DNA from: a virus
DNA length: 64,000 nucleotides
Virus record (IMG/VR): IMGVR_UViG_3300027749_000049
Span: 64,005 to 128,004 of that record
Direction: 5' to 3' (one strand)
Part shown: piece by piece, positions 28,114-38,377 of the stretch
Layout: each line of letters begins with the position of its first letter
How positions within the stretch are numbered: position 1 is the first letter of the stretch
The notes under the pieces: generated by a model
What the model was told of the DNA's origin: nothing
The model's input: the letters and a program-made list of their open reading frames with translations, nothing else
Databases searched by the model: none
Translations under genes and position numbers: made by a program

Positions 28114-28536
28114 ATGATTGCTGAAAACCGAAAGGCCAAATACGAATATGAATTTATTGAGAGGTGGACTGCTGGTATTTCGCTAGTCGGGTCAGAGGTC
28201 AAGTCGATTAAAGCCGGACATATTGATTTTACTGGATCTTGGTGCGAATTACGAAATGGAGAATGCTGGATTAGGGAACTGTATATTAAAGAATCAGCTA
28301 CGGCTTTTAGCCACCAGGATAAACGAGAGAGGCGCTTACTCTTAACTAAAAAGGAACTAAAGAAGCTTGATAAGCTGATGGACAAGGGCCTCACGATCGT
28401 TCCAGTATCAATTCAGGTTAATCCAAAAGGTTTAATTAAAGTATCTATTGCCCTAGCCAAAGGTAAAAAACTTTGGGACAAGCGCCAAGTTATAAAAAAT
28501 AGAGATGCTGACCGAGCTTTATTAGTTTCAGGTTAA
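28114..28536 (+). CDS. smpB: SsrA-binding protein SmpB
   Basis: ENRKAKYEY, AGISLVGSEVKSIK, RRLLL, GLTIVP, LAKGKKLWDKR. Confidence 0.92.
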   Translation: MIAENRKAKYEYEFIERWTAGISLVGSEVKSIKAGHIDFTGSWCELRNGECWIRELYIKESATAFSHQDKRERRLLLTKKELKKLDKLMDKGLTIVPVSIQVNPKGLIKVSIALAKGKKLWDKRQVIKNRDADRALLVSG

Positions 28537-28564
28537 ATAAATAAACCTTGAAATAATAACAATT

Positions 28565-29413
28565 ATGAAATATATTAAACTATTTGAATCATTTATTGCA
28601 GAAGTTGCGGGTTATCCATCTGCGTTTGCTGCAACCTCAGCAGTTAAAGGTTGGACTGATCAGGGTGGTGGTACTTGGATGGTTAATTGCACGTTAGGTA
28701 GAATTTATGTTGCAACAGTTGAAACCCAAAATACTAGTAATGTTTCAGTATTTCTACCAGCAAATGATCCGGCAATTATAAAACAACTTAAAACCGCCGT
28801 GCCGCTCCTTAATGTAAATGAACCTCCAGCCGGCAAACCAAAGACTATTACACTTGGTGGTACTACCTGGAATTATGAAAAGATGCTTACGTGTGAGCTA
28901 ACTGATGTAAAGACAGGCGATCCAATTCTATTATCAATTGCCAATGTATTAAATAAAGTGCAAACAGCAGATAACGATCAATCAACTACTAATAATCAAC
29001 CCGTTTCTAATTATACTGGTCTTAAAGTTTCAACAACTGCCGATCCTAAAGTTAAAGAACTACAAACTGCAATTATTAATAGTGGAAATGCTGCTGCCGC
29101 TCTAGCACTCACTAACGCGGGAGGAGCTACTGGAATTTATGGTCCTGAAACATCAGCTGCAATTGTAATTTTAATAGGTGCTCCACCTACCACATCTATT
29201 AACGAAATTACAGCAGAGATTAACGCAAAGATTGCACCTAAGCTATCAGCTGGTAAAAAATATGCAGATGATTTCTTTGGTACAGTAGTTGATCCAAATG
29301 ATCCATCCAAAAAAATTAAAATAGCAGATGTGATTCGGCAGCAAAGGGATGCTGATAAAGAGGCTGCCAATAACTCAGCCGCAGTTACTACTACCACAAC
29401 TAAAAAACCATAA
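28565..29413 (+). CDS. Putative head-internal protein with peptidoglycan-binding-like segment
   Basis: MKYIKLFESFIAE; VKELQTAI...GIYGPETSAAI. Confidence 0.6.
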   Translation: MKYIKLFESFIAEVAGYPSAFAATSAVKGWTDQGGGTWMVNCTLGRIYVATVETQNTSNVSVFLPANDPAIIKQLKTAVPLLNVNEPPAGKPKTITLGGTTWNYEKMLTCELTDVKTGDPILLSIANVLNKVQTADNDQSTTNNQPVSNYTGLKVSTTADPKVKELQTAIINSGNAAAALALTNAGGATGIYGPETSAAIVILIGAPPTTSINEITAEINAKIAPKLSAGKKYADDFFGTVVDPNDPSKKIKIADVIRQQRDADKEAANNSAAVTTTTTKKP

Positions 29414-29479
29414 GTATTTTAATTAAATTAGCCAAATCTATTAATTAATTGGTATTATTTAATTTTAATAAACATATTT

Positions 29480-29680
29480 ATGGAAAATATAGTACACGGA
29501 ATTCTAGAATATTTAATAATTGGAATTTGCTGGGCAATCTTGGTTGAATACTTAGATTCTAGACAATCCTCTTCAAAACTAAAAAAGAGTATTACAACTA
29601 GGCTTATACTTGTATTGCTTTGGCCAGCTACAGTATTCATAGCAATCGTTAATGTATTAAGTAATTTAATAAAAAAGTAA
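29480..29680 (+). CDS. Small membrane protein
   Basis: Two hydrophobic helices. Confidence 0.6.
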   Translation: MENIVHGILEYLIIGICWAILVEYLDSRQSSSKLKKSITTRLILVLLWPATVFIAIVNVLSNLIKK

Positions 29681-29681
29681 T

Positions 29682-29891
29682 ATGTCAAAATCAATATTAG
29701 TACACGATCGGTTTAGAACTAATGAATTAAGTGTACAACCAGGCAGATCAACTGTAACTGTTGAATATGCAGATGGATCTAATCGATCCTATAATAAAGT
29801 TAAAAATCCAAGAGCTTATATTAATTCAATAATTAAAGATGAGACTATCTCTTCAGTAAAAGTAGACGGTCAAGCCTATTGGGCAAGATAA
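29682..29891 (+). CDS. Hypothetical protein
   Basis: ORF track. Confidence 0.65.
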   Translation: MSKSILVHDRFRTNELSVQPGRSTVTVEYADGSNRSYNKVKNPRAYINSIIKDETISSVKVDGQAYWAR

Positions 29892-29913
29892 ATAACCTAA
29901 AGTTTTTTAATAA

Positions 29914-30660
29914 ATGCAATATCCATTTATCTCATGTAAATGTATTACCTACGGTAGAGTTAATTTATTAGAAGAGAGCATTGAATCATTCATTAAACAA
30001 GAATATCCTGGTAAAAAGGAACTTATTATTGTAAATGATTATCCACTACAAAAATTAGAATACAACCATCCCGATGTAAAGATCTATAATCTAGATCAAA
30101 CATTTGAAACAATTGGCGAGAAAGAGAACTTTGCCGTTGCTAAATGTTCAGCAGATATTATTGCAGTTTGGGATGACGATGATGTTGCAATGCCAAATCA
30201 TCTTACTAATATTGCCAAATTCTTTATTGAAGGTTCTGATCTATTGCATTGGGAACGTGGGGTCCTATTCAACGAACCAAATATCAGTGCAATCACAGGT
30301 CTTGGAAACTCCGGTATTGTTTACAGTAAACAAATATGGGAAAAATTAGGTGGCCATCCTCTTGAGAACGCTGGTTATGATATGACCTTTGTTATTGCAA
30401 TCAAGAACGCTAGTCGTAATATTGTATTAGCGGATCCACCAAATGAAGAAGTTAGTTGGTTCTATATGTGGGGCGGTAGAGGCTATCACATGAGCGGTTT
30501 AGGCACAGATAATGAAGGTCGTCCAAACGTTATCACTCGACACTCAGATCACATTGAAGCATTAAGAGTGGCAGGCCAAATTCCAACTGGCGAAGTCAAG
30601 TTAAGACCTCATTGGAAAAAAGATTATTCCCAAATGCTAAAAAATTATATAACCAAATAG
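29914..30660 (+). CDS. Glycosyltransferase family 2
   Basis: ELIIVND, IAVWDDDD (DxD); late promoter at 29887. Confidence 0.85.
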   Translation: MQYPFISCKCITYGRVNLLEESIESFIKQEYPGKKELIIVNDYPLQKLEYNHPDVKIYNLDQTFETIGEKENFAVAKCSADIIAVWDDDDVAMPNHLTNIAKFFIEGSDLLHWERGVLFNEPNISAITGLGNSGIVYSKQIWEKLGGHPLENAGYDMTFVIAIKNASRNIVLADPPNEEVSWFYMWGGRGYHMSGLGTDNEGRPNVITRHSDHIEALRVAGQIPTGEVKLRPHWKKDYSQMLKNYITK

Positions 30661-30663
30661 ATT

Positions 30664-31296
30664 ATGAAGAATTATAAAATCCAAGAAGGCTATATATGTA
30701 GACTTGAACCAGGCCATCATGATGATTCAAATTGGGAAGGCCAATCTCAATATGAAGTATATCAATACTGCGCTGAGTTCATGAGAGAAAATGGTTTACA
30801 AACTATAGTTGACGTAGGTTGCGGCAGTGGATTTAAACTAATAAAATACCTAAGTGAGTTTAAAACAATTGGTACTGATACTGAACCGTGTTATTCTTTA
30901 CTTAAGTCAAAATATCCTGATCGTGAATGGTATTTAGCTGGAGAACCTGAGAAATCATTCTTTGAAAATCCAAGCATTAAAGATGCTGATGTTGTTTTAT
31001 GTTGCGATGTAATCGAGCACATTGTTGATCCTGATAGTTTAGTGGAACACCTAATAGATTTGAATGCTAAGTACTACATCATCTCTACTCCATGTAGAGA
31101 AGTGTTATGTAATAGTGCTAAATATTCTGCTACATATAAATCAACATGGAACGGTCCTCCGTTAAATGGGTGCCATGTAAGAGAATGGACCATGGCAGAA
31201 TTAGTAGAATATCTTTCAGAAAAATTTGAGGTGATTCATTCTTTTCATGGAGAGAAACAAATTGAATGTCAATATCATCTAGTAAAAAAACTGTGA
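30664..31296 (+). CDS. SAM-dependent methyltransferase
   Basis: VDVGCGSG, DVIEHI, ISTP, HVREWT. Confidence 0.85.
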   Translation: MKNYKIQEGYICRLEPGHHDDSNWEGQSQYEVYQYCAEFMRENGLQTIVDVGCGSGFKLIKYLSEFKTIGTDTEPCYSLLKSKYPDREWYLAGEPEKSFFENPSIKDADVVLCCDVIEHIVDPDSLVEHLIDLNAKYYIISTPCREVLCNSAKYSATYKSTWNGPPLNGCHVREWTMAELVEYLSEKFEVIHSFHGEKQIECQYHLVKKL

Positions 31297-31988
31297 AGGT
31301 ATTAATAACGAGCGCTTCATTTGGTAGCCCATTATCTAATAATATAGTTCAGCAAGAATCTGATAGCCTTGAGATAACAGTTAACCATATCTCAGATAAC
31401 GTTGCAAAGCTAACTACCAACGGTCAAGTCCAGTCAGTTGCTCAAGCTAATCGGATTAATGCAATGCATCCACGGCTCAGAGCAAAAATACCAAAGATGC
31501 TACAGTGGTCTGAATTTCCAGGTTACGACTACTATATTTGGGTGGACTCAAAATTAAGGATGGATAATCCAAAGGCAGCCGAGTCTCTGGTTGAAGCATG
31601 TTCCGGAAAAGATGCCTGTTTCTTTAGACACTCTTCTCGAGCATCAATCAAATCGGAGCTTAAATACGTGGTTGATTGTATAAATCAAGGTTCACAATAT
31701 CTTATTGACAGATACTCTGGAGAAGATATGACAGGTCAAGTATCAACTTACTTAGCTGACCCAAATTTCATAGATGATTCCCTATTTGAATGCGGAGCTT
31801 TTGTCTATTCAAGCAGAGCTGTTCAAAATCCTGATCTAAACTTATTCAAGGAATGGTTCTATCATAATTGTATCTGGTCGGTGCAGGATCAACTTAGTCT
31901 ACCGTACTTGATTCAATCATTTGGAATCAATTATGGGGTCTTGGACGGAACCGTATACAAAAATAAGTATCTCAATCTGGATAGTTAA
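31293..31988 (+). CDS. Glycosyltransferase-like protein (DUF616-like)
   Basis: YIWVDS, FFRHSSR, QDQLSLPY; GTG start overlapping the upstream stop. Confidence 0.65.
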   Translation: MKVLITSASFGSPLSNNIVQQESDSLEITVNHISDNVAKLTTNGQVQSVAQANRINAMHPRLRAKIPKMLQWSEFPGYDYYIWVDSKLRMDNPKAAESLVEACSGKDACFFRHSSRASIKSELKYVVDCINQGSQYLIDRYSGEDMTGQVSTYLADPNFIDDSLFECGAFVYSSRAVQNPDLNLFKEWFYHNCIWSVQDQLSLPYLIQSFGINYGVLDGTVYKNKYLNLDS

Positions 31989-32007
31989 TCCTAATAAATA
32001 AACCCAG

Positions 32008-33150
32008 ATGAAACACTTAAAACCATATACATCATTTATTAATGAGGGCCAATTTTATCAAGGGGAACTTAACCCAGTATTTTGGCAAGATGGTCAATTT
32101 GACCAAGAGACCCGAACTAAACTATTACAAATAGCTACCGATTTTTATACTGACCTTAAAGTTGAGGCTCCAATTATTGATATTCATTTAACTGGATCAT
32201 TAGCCAATTTTAACTGGACCGAACACTCTGACCTTGATGTACACGTTCTACTTGACTTCTCAACGATCGGAGAGGATGTTGAACTGGTTAAAAAAGCAAT
32301 GGACGGCTTGCGATTCGTTTGGAACTTAAGACATCCAGTTAAAATTAAAGGATTTGATGTTGAACTCTATGCACAAGACCATAAAGAGCCTCACGTTGCA
32401 TCAGGTTTATATTCTTTGCTAAAAGGCGAATGGATTATTGAACCAAAGGCAGATGAGCCAAAAATTGATGAAAACGACGTTTTACGTAAAGCCGAAGCTT
32501 ATAAAGTAGAAATTGCTGAACTTGAAAAAGAGGTTGAGCAAACTGATTCTGACCAAGCACGCGAAGCCCAAGACCGTATCTCTGCCCTAAAGCAAAAGAT
32601 AATGAAAGCTCGTAAAGAGGGTCTTGCCGCAAATGGAGAGTTCTCTATTGAGAATCTAGTATTTAAACAGTTACGTAATGCCGGATTTATTGAAAGACTA
32701 ATAAATCTTGGAGCGAAAGCCTATTCCCATATCTATTCAGATCCAGCAGATTCGCTAGACCATGACGAGAGAGTAAATGAATCACTAGTTGGAAAAGGCA
32801 GTACAGTATTGGTACTTGGGCCAGAGGTTGAAGGTGCTAAACGATTATTCCTGTTTCATGCTGACTGGTCAAGGCAAGTTGAAAGAAACGGGTGGACTGT
32901 AAACATGGTTGGTCTTACTGCACCAGTTTATATCGTTCAAGAACAGGAAGGTAGATTAGTTGCAAAGACTATATCGATAAGCCCAGGTAATTTAAAGAAA
33001 TATGTAGGCCTTACTGACTATAATGTTGTCCTAAATTCCAAAACAAAAACTCCGTTTTGGCATCAAGCTGTTAAGTATACAAATGCTGCTGCTTTATTAA
33101 AAGATCTGTCAGCAAGCATTCGATCAATACCAGAAGTTACATTTAATTAA
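32008..33150 (+). CDS. Pol-beta-superfamily nucleotidyltransferase with CTS-like N-terminus
   Basis: LTGSLANFNWTEHSDLDVH (GS...DxD), VELYAQ; start MKHLKPYTSFINEG. Confidence 0.75.
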   Translation: MKHLKPYTSFINEGQFYQGELNPVFWQDGQFDQETRTKLLQIATDFYTDLKVEAPIIDIHLTGSLANFNWTEHSDLDVHVLLDFSTIGEDVELVKKAMDGLRFVWNLRHPVKIKGFDVELYAQDHKEPHVASGLYSLLKGEWIIEPKADEPKIDENDVLRKAEAYKVEIAELEKEVEQTDSDQAREAQDRISALKQKIMKARKEGLAANGEFSIENLVFKQLRNAGFIERLINLGAKAYSHIYSDPADSLDHDERVNESLVGKGSTVLVLGPEVEGAKRLFLFHADWSRQVERNGWTVNMVGLTAPVYIVQEQEGRLVAKTISISPGNLKKYVGLTDYNVVLNSKTKTPFWHQAVKYTNAAALLKDLSASIRSIPEVTFN

Positions 33151-33221
33151 TAATTTAAGTATTTAATATATAAATGGGTCCTAGAAATAGAGACCCATTT
33201 TTTTGGTATATTAGGACTAAC

Positions 33222-33635
33222 ATGAAATCAACTGACTTAAGAATAGGAAATATTGTGGATCTTGGAAACAGGATTGCTAAGATTATTGAGGTCGGTCCAC
33301 TAATGTGCATAGTTGTGGACTTAGAAGAAACTCAAGACACGATTGAAGATTACGAAAGAGTAAAAGGTCTTCCATTAACCGATGAATGGTTTATTAAATG
33401 GGGCTTTCATAAGGATGGTGAGTATTGGTGCAGAGGTATAAACGATTATAAGTTTTGCTTTAGATATCGGGACTGGGCTAAAAACTGGGCATTTTATCAA
33501 GAGTTTACAGATAGTCCCGACCAAGAGGATGATGGCACGAAATACCCAATCTCATTTGATATTGAATACGTGCATCAAATACAAAACTTATGGTTCGCAT
33601 TATTACATTACGAGATAACAACTAACCTAGAATAA
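33222..33635 (+). CDS. YopX-like hypothetical protein
   Basis: DLRIGNIV...PLTDEW...YVHQIQNLWFAL pattern. Confidence 0.65.
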   Translation: MKSTDLRIGNIVDLGNRIAKIIEVGPLMCIVVDLEETQDTIEDYERVKGLPLTDEWFIKWGFHKDGEYWCRGINDYKFCFRYRDWAKNWAFYQEFTDSPDQEDDGTKYPISFDIEYVHQIQNLWFALLHYEITTNLE

Positions 33636-33852
33636 TATGGAAGATAAAGAACTAATCATAAAAGCAATAGCTGATAGAATTAAAGAAGAGCAAAAGAAAC
33701 ATGAAAGGAGTATTCCAGATTGGCATGAAATTGCTGCTAGAAAGATTTATGCTACTTTTGATATAAAACTAAAACAAGACTAATATTGGTTAGTTTAAAA
33801 GAATCTAGCTCTATTTAAAAACTTTTAGTACTTTTACAAATACAATAAAAAT

Positions 33853-35688
33853 ATGGCATCGAACAAAGACATAGGAAAGAAGTATCAATTATTAGACGAG
33901 ATTGAACACGTACTTAAAAGACCAGGCATGTATATTGGTTCTACTAAACCTCATACCGGAAATGAATGGATCCTAGAAGATGGAGTCTATGAAAAATACG
34001 AACTCACATATAACCCAGGTTTTCTTAAGTTGTTTGATGAGATCATTTCAAATTCAGTTGATGAGCATAAGCGCTCAGGTAAAATCAATACAATTAAAGT
34101 AACTACTACCCTAGACACTATTACCATTTGGGATAATGGCGGAATCCCAGTAGTTCAACATCCTGAACATAAAGTTTGGATTCCAGAATTAATTTTCTCT
34201 AATCTTAGAGCTGGTTCAAATTTTAATGACGATGAAGGTCGTACTGTTGCAGGTACAAATGGAGTAGGTGCATCGCTAGTTAATATATTCTCAAAGAGGT
34301 TTGTTATTGATACAGCTGATGGCAAGAATCGCTTGCTACAAACCTTTACCAACAACATGGCAAACCGAACCCCTGCTAAAATTAGTCGCAGCAGCCAAGG
34401 TTTTACTGAGATTACATATGTTCCAGATCTGGCCAGATTTGAAATGAAAGAGATTAATGCAAGCAATTGGAAGATGATGCGCAAACGGGTTATTGATATT
34501 GCGGCAGCAAATCCAGGCCTTAAATTAGAATTCAATGGAGAAAAGTTTAAATTTAAAACATTTAAAGAATACGTTGATCTCTATGTAAAGGATTCAATTT
34601 GGGAAAAGTCAAAGGACTGGGAATTTGCAATGGGCGTTTCAAAAGAAGGTTATCAATCTATTTCATTTGTTAATTCAATTCAAACCAAAGACGGAGGAAC
34701 TCATGAAGCTTATATCTTAAATCAGGTTATTGAGTACCTACGTACCATGATTAAGAAAAAACATAAGGTTGAAGTTAAACCATCTGAAATAAAAAACCAT
34801 CTATTTCTTTTTATAAATTGTACAGTCTTAAATCCAGCATTCTCTTCCCAAACTAAAGAGAAGTTAATTACTGAACCTAAAGATTTTGGTACCAAACACG
34901 ATGTAACTGAAAAATTTGCAAAGGCTGTATTTACATCAGAAGTAATTCAGTCTCTACTGGATTGGATTGAGCAAAAGAAAAATGCAGATGAGAGAGCTGA
35001 ACTTCGTAAACTAAATAAATCTCTTGCAAATACTAAAGTCTTAAAATTAATTGATGCAAAAGGCAAGGACCGCAACAAATGTGTTCTTGGAATATTTGAA
35101 GGTATGTCTGCCTTATCGGCAGTTCGTAAGTTTAGAGATCCTCAGAACTTTGGAGCATTTCCATTAAAAGGTAAGTTCCTAAATGTAAGTGAGATGACAA
35201 ACTCTGGCGTTATTCAGAATGATGAGGTGGTTCAGTTAATGGCTTCATTAGGAATTAAGTTAGGAGAAGAACCCAAGGATCTTAGGTATGGAAAAGTTTA
35301 CATCTATACTGATGCAGACCCAGATGGAGACTCAATTGCAGCTCTCCTAATAAACTTCTTTAATAAGTATTGGCCAGAACTATTTGATCAAGGTCGAGTA
35401 TTTAAAGTAATGACTCCACTTGTTGTTGCAAAGAAAAGCAAAGAAGTAAAACCTTTCTATTCAAATGAAGAATATTCTGCATGGGAAAAGAAATCAGGTT
35501 CAAAGGGTTGGGATGTTGAATATAAGAAAGGCCTTGCTGCTCTTGAAGATGTTGAGTATCGAGATATTATACACAGCCCAGTTCTGGTTAAACTTCAAAA
35601 CGATAAGCTATATAAAGATAGCCTTAGTGATTGGTTTGGGTCTGACTCTGAACCTCGTAAAGAAAAACTTCTTAAGCTTTCAATATAA
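33853..35688 (+). CDS. Type II DNA topoisomerase ATPase/TOPRIM subunit (T4 gp39+gp60-like, GyrB/ParE family)
   Basis: HVLKRPGMYIG, DEIISNSVD, GTNGVG, EGMSA, PLKGK, DADPDG, YKKGL. Confidence 0.95.
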   Translation: MASNKDIGKKYQLLDEIEHVLKRPGMYIGSTKPHTGNEWILEDGVYEKYELTYNPGFLKLFDEIISNSVDEHKRSGKINTIKVTTTLDTITIWDNGGIPVVQHPEHKVWIPELIFSNLRAGSNFNDDEGRTVAGTNGVGASLVNIFSKRFVIDTADGKNRLLQTFTNNMANRTPAKISRSSQGFTEITYVPDLARFEMKEINASNWKMMRKRVIDIAAANPGLKLEFNGEKFKFKTFKEYVDLYVKDSIWEKSKDWEFAMGVSKEGYQSISFVNSIQTKDGGTHEAYILNQVIEYLRTMIKKKHKVEVKPSEIKNHLFLFINCTVLNPAFSSQTKEKLITEPKDFGTKHDVTEKFAKAVFTSEVIQSLLDWIEQKKNADERAELRKLNKSLANTKVLKLIDAKGKDRNKCVLGIFEGMSALSAVRKFRDPQNFGAFPLKGKFLNVSEMTNSGVIQNDEVVQLMASLGIKLGEEPKDLRYGKVYIYTDADPDGDSIAALLINFFNKYWPELFDQGRVFKVMTPLVVAKKSKEVKPFYSNEEYSAWEKKSGSKGWDVEYKKGLAALEDVEYRDIIHSPVLVKLQNDKLYKDSLSDWFGSDSEPRKEKLLKLSI

Positions 35689-36068
35689 TGACAGATAACA
35701 AAACCTTAATCCTTGCAGAGTTTGAACAGCTTAAAGGCCAATTCGTAATCAATGACAGCTGGGAAATTGAAAGACTTGTAGCAGTTGGTGAAGACGATAT
35801 GGACTACTACTGGATAACCTATAATGGCCGAAAACTAAAATGGAATACTTGCGTCGGGCGCATCATGCCGCTTAAAGGCCATTTACAAAATAAAGATTAT
35901 TCAGAATTAATTAGAATAGCTAAGCTAAATCATTACGATCAGGTCACTCTTTGGGGTAATAAAGAACCTGAGAAATTTCAGACAGCCTGTGACGAACACA
36001 TTAAAGAAGTTTTAACTTTACCAGAAGACCACCGTTTTTTAACTGAGGTCTATATGGAACTAAATTAG
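35688..36068 (+). CDS. Hypothetical protein between the topoisomerase subunits
   Basis: ORF track. Confidence 0.7.
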   Translation: MTDNKTLILAEFEQLKGQFVINDSWEIERLVAVGEDDMDYYWITYNGRKLKWNTCVGRIMPLKGHLQNKDYSELIRIAKLNHYDQVTLWGNKEPEKFQTACDEHIKEVLTLPEDHRFLTEVYMELN

Positions 36069-36082
36069 TATATTAATAAAGA

Positions 36083-37444
36083 ATGAATCAACTACAAAAT
36101 AAAACAGTTACTGAGTATCTTGACCAGGACTATGCAATGTACGGCATGTACACGTTAGAGAGTAGAGCAATTCCATCTGTGATTGATGGTTTTAAACCTA
36201 CTGCTCGTAAAATTATCTACATTGCAGATAAGGTTTGGAAATCAGGTAATGAGAAACCCTTAAAGATATTTCAATTAGGCGGACGTATTGCAGCTGATGC
36301 ACATTACCACCATGGCGATGGATCCTTAAATGGTGCAATTATTGGAATGGCTCAATCATTTAAGAACTCGTTACCTCTACTTGAAGAGCTTGGTCAATTT
36401 GGTTCTTTACGATCTCCTGAAGCTGGCGCTGCTCGTTATATTTCAACCAAATTAACTTCAAACTTTAGATTATTATATAAAGACTTTGAACTACTAGAAA
36501 ATCAGGTCGAAGAAGGCAATGTGATTGAACCTAAATATTTCTTACCAGTTATTCCAACTGTCCTATTAAATGGAAGCTCAGGTATTGCAGTAGGTTTTGC
36601 AACTAATATTCTTAATCGTAATCCACTTGACCTAGTTGATGCATGTGTTAAAGTGCTTGATGGTAAAAAGGTTGGCAAATTACTTCCATGGTGGAAAGAA
36701 TATTCTGGCCAAGTTGAGTCGGTTGCTGGTACCAATCAATATGTAATGCGTGGAGTATATGAGATTCAAAATACAACTACTGTTAATATTACAGAGTTAC
36801 CGCCATCAATGACCTTTCAGAAATATGAAGTGTACCTTAACTCTTTAGTAGATAGAGGAATTGTTTATTCGTATGAAGACAATTCAACTAACGGCATTAA
36901 TTATACAATTAAATTTGCACGAGCAACCCTAGCTGATCTTATTGCAAAGGGCAAGCTTGATCAAACCCTTAAAATGGTTGAGACTGAAACTGAGAACTTA
37001 ACTTGCTTAAATGAACGTGGTAAATTAATAATCTTTGAAGAGGTTTCTCAAGTTGTAGAATACTTTATAACTTTCAGATTAAGTTTTTATTCAAAGCGAA
37101 AGGCTTTCTTAATTAATAAGTATACTGAAGAACTTAAGTATCTTTCAAACCGAGCACGCTTTGTAAAACTTATAGTTGACGGAAAATTAAAGGTTAATAA
37201 TGTTCCGCGAAAAGAAATAGTAGAATACCTGCAAGCAAATGGATTTGATGAAGTAAATGGGTCTTACAGTTACTTACTAAACATGCCAATTCATTCCTTA
37301 ACCAAAGAAACCTATGAGCAATTATTAAAAGAGGTTGCTGATAAGAAAATTGAATTAGCTGAAATTAAAAAATTAGAACCAATTGATATGTACAGAACAG
37401 ATTTAACTGATCTTAAAAAGAATTTAAAAACAACACTAAAATAA
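36083..37444 (+). CDS. Type II DNA topoisomerase cleavage subunit (T4 gp52-like, GyrA/ParC family)
   Basis: DGFKPTARK, YHHGD, AARYI (catalytic Tyr), NGSSGIAVGFAT. Confidence 0.95.
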   Translation: MNQLQNKTVTEYLDQDYAMYGMYTLESRAIPSVIDGFKPTARKIIYIADKVWKSGNEKPLKIFQLGGRIAADAHYHHGDGSLNGAIIGMAQSFKNSLPLLEELGQFGSLRSPEAGAARYISTKLTSNFRLLYKDFELLENQVEEGNVIEPKYFLPVIPTVLLNGSSGIAVGFATNILNRNPLDLVDACVKVLDGKKVGKLLPWWKEYSGQVESVAGTNQYVMRGVYEIQNTTTVNITELPPSMTFQKYEVYLNSLVDRGIVYSYEDNSTNGINYTIKFARATLADLIAKGKLDQTLKMVETETENLTCLNERGKLIIFEEVSQVVEYFITFRLSFYSKRKAFLINKYTEELKYLSNRARFVKLIVDGKLKVNNVPRKEIVEYLQANGFDEVNGSYSYLLNMPIHSLTKETYEQLLKEVADKKIELAEIKKLEPIDMYRTDLTDLKKNLKTTLK

Positions 37445-37446
37445 AG

Positions 37447-37818
37447 ATGGAAAGACACGAAGTAATTTCGCAAACGTTAGGTTTTCCAGGAAGAATGATT
37501 TCTGGTTCAAAGAGTGGATATCACAAAAATTATCCAAACAATCTGGTAATATTCAATGCAAATGTATGCACTGACAGAAATAAAATATGGTATGGAGATT
37601 TGGATTTAACGTTAGATAAAGAAAAGCTTTCCTTACTTGCAGTTGCACTAGGCCAAGATCTATATGTTCTATACGAGATGGATGGCCGATTTGAAAATGA
37701 AAAAGCTCCAATACTTAAAGCAGCATCAGTCATTTTTAAAGCTGACGGAACTTGGGAAATTGGCCAAGGGTCAAGATATGAAAGACTTGATGCTGAAACC
37801 CTAACCATAAATAATTAA
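37447..37818 (+). CDS. Hypothetical phage protein
   Basis: ORF track. Confidence 0.7.
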   Translation: MERHEVISQTLGFPGRMISGSKSGYHKNYPNNLVIFNANVCTDRNKIWYGDLDLTLDKEKLSLLAVALGQDLYVLYEMDGRFENEKAPILKAASVIFKADGTWEIGQGSRYERLDAETLTINN

Positions 37819-37825
37819 TACACTC

Positions 37826-38377
37826 ATGATTAAATCATTTACTCAATTCCTAACCGGTATATTTGAAAAGAAAGGCGAAACTCATGAGTTTGGCTGCGCA
37901 ATGGTCTATTTTAACTTTCCGGAAATAGCAGACTTCCATTCACAAATTGATCAAGCTGACGTCTATACTGAAGAAGGCGACCGTTCATTTGGCCTAGAGG
38001 ACGAACCTCATACTACTCTACTATACGGATTACATTCATATAAAATTCCAGACCAAGAAGTGTTGGATATTTGCATGGCTCAACCAATTGGCCCAATGAC
38101 CTTAGTCAATGCATCTCTATTTCAAAATGAAAAATACGATGTTCTTAAATTTGACGTTGAGAATCCAGTCTTATCCAAAATAAATGCAGAATTAGCAAAG
38201 TTTCCGCATACTACTAATTTTCCAGACTACCATCCTCATGCAACCATTGGATACTTAAAACCTGGTACTGGTAAAAAATACGTCGAATTATTTAAGGATA
38301 AACAATACGAAGTTGTACCTGAGAAAATTGTATATTCAAAACCAGGAGGAGAAAGGATTGAGAAGCCGTGGAATTAG
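37826..38377 (+). CDS. 2H phosphodiesterase, T4 gp57B/Acb1-like
   Basis: PHTTLLYG and YHPHATIGY (two HxT motifs); CTS-like MIKSFTQFL. Confidence 0.8.
   Translation: MIKSFTQFLTGIFEKKGETHEFGCAMVYFNFPEIADFHSQIDQADVYTEEGDRSFGLEDEPHTTLLYGLHSYKIPDQEVLDICMAQPIGPMTLVNASLFQNEKYDVLKFDVENPVLSKINAELAKFPHTTNFPDYHPHATIGYLKPGTGKKYVELFKDKQYEVVPEKIVYSKPGGERIEKPWN

Noticed and set aside
35688-36068. Homing endonuclease between the topoisomerase subunits
   Set aside because: No HNH, GIY-YIG or LAGLIDADG motif visible
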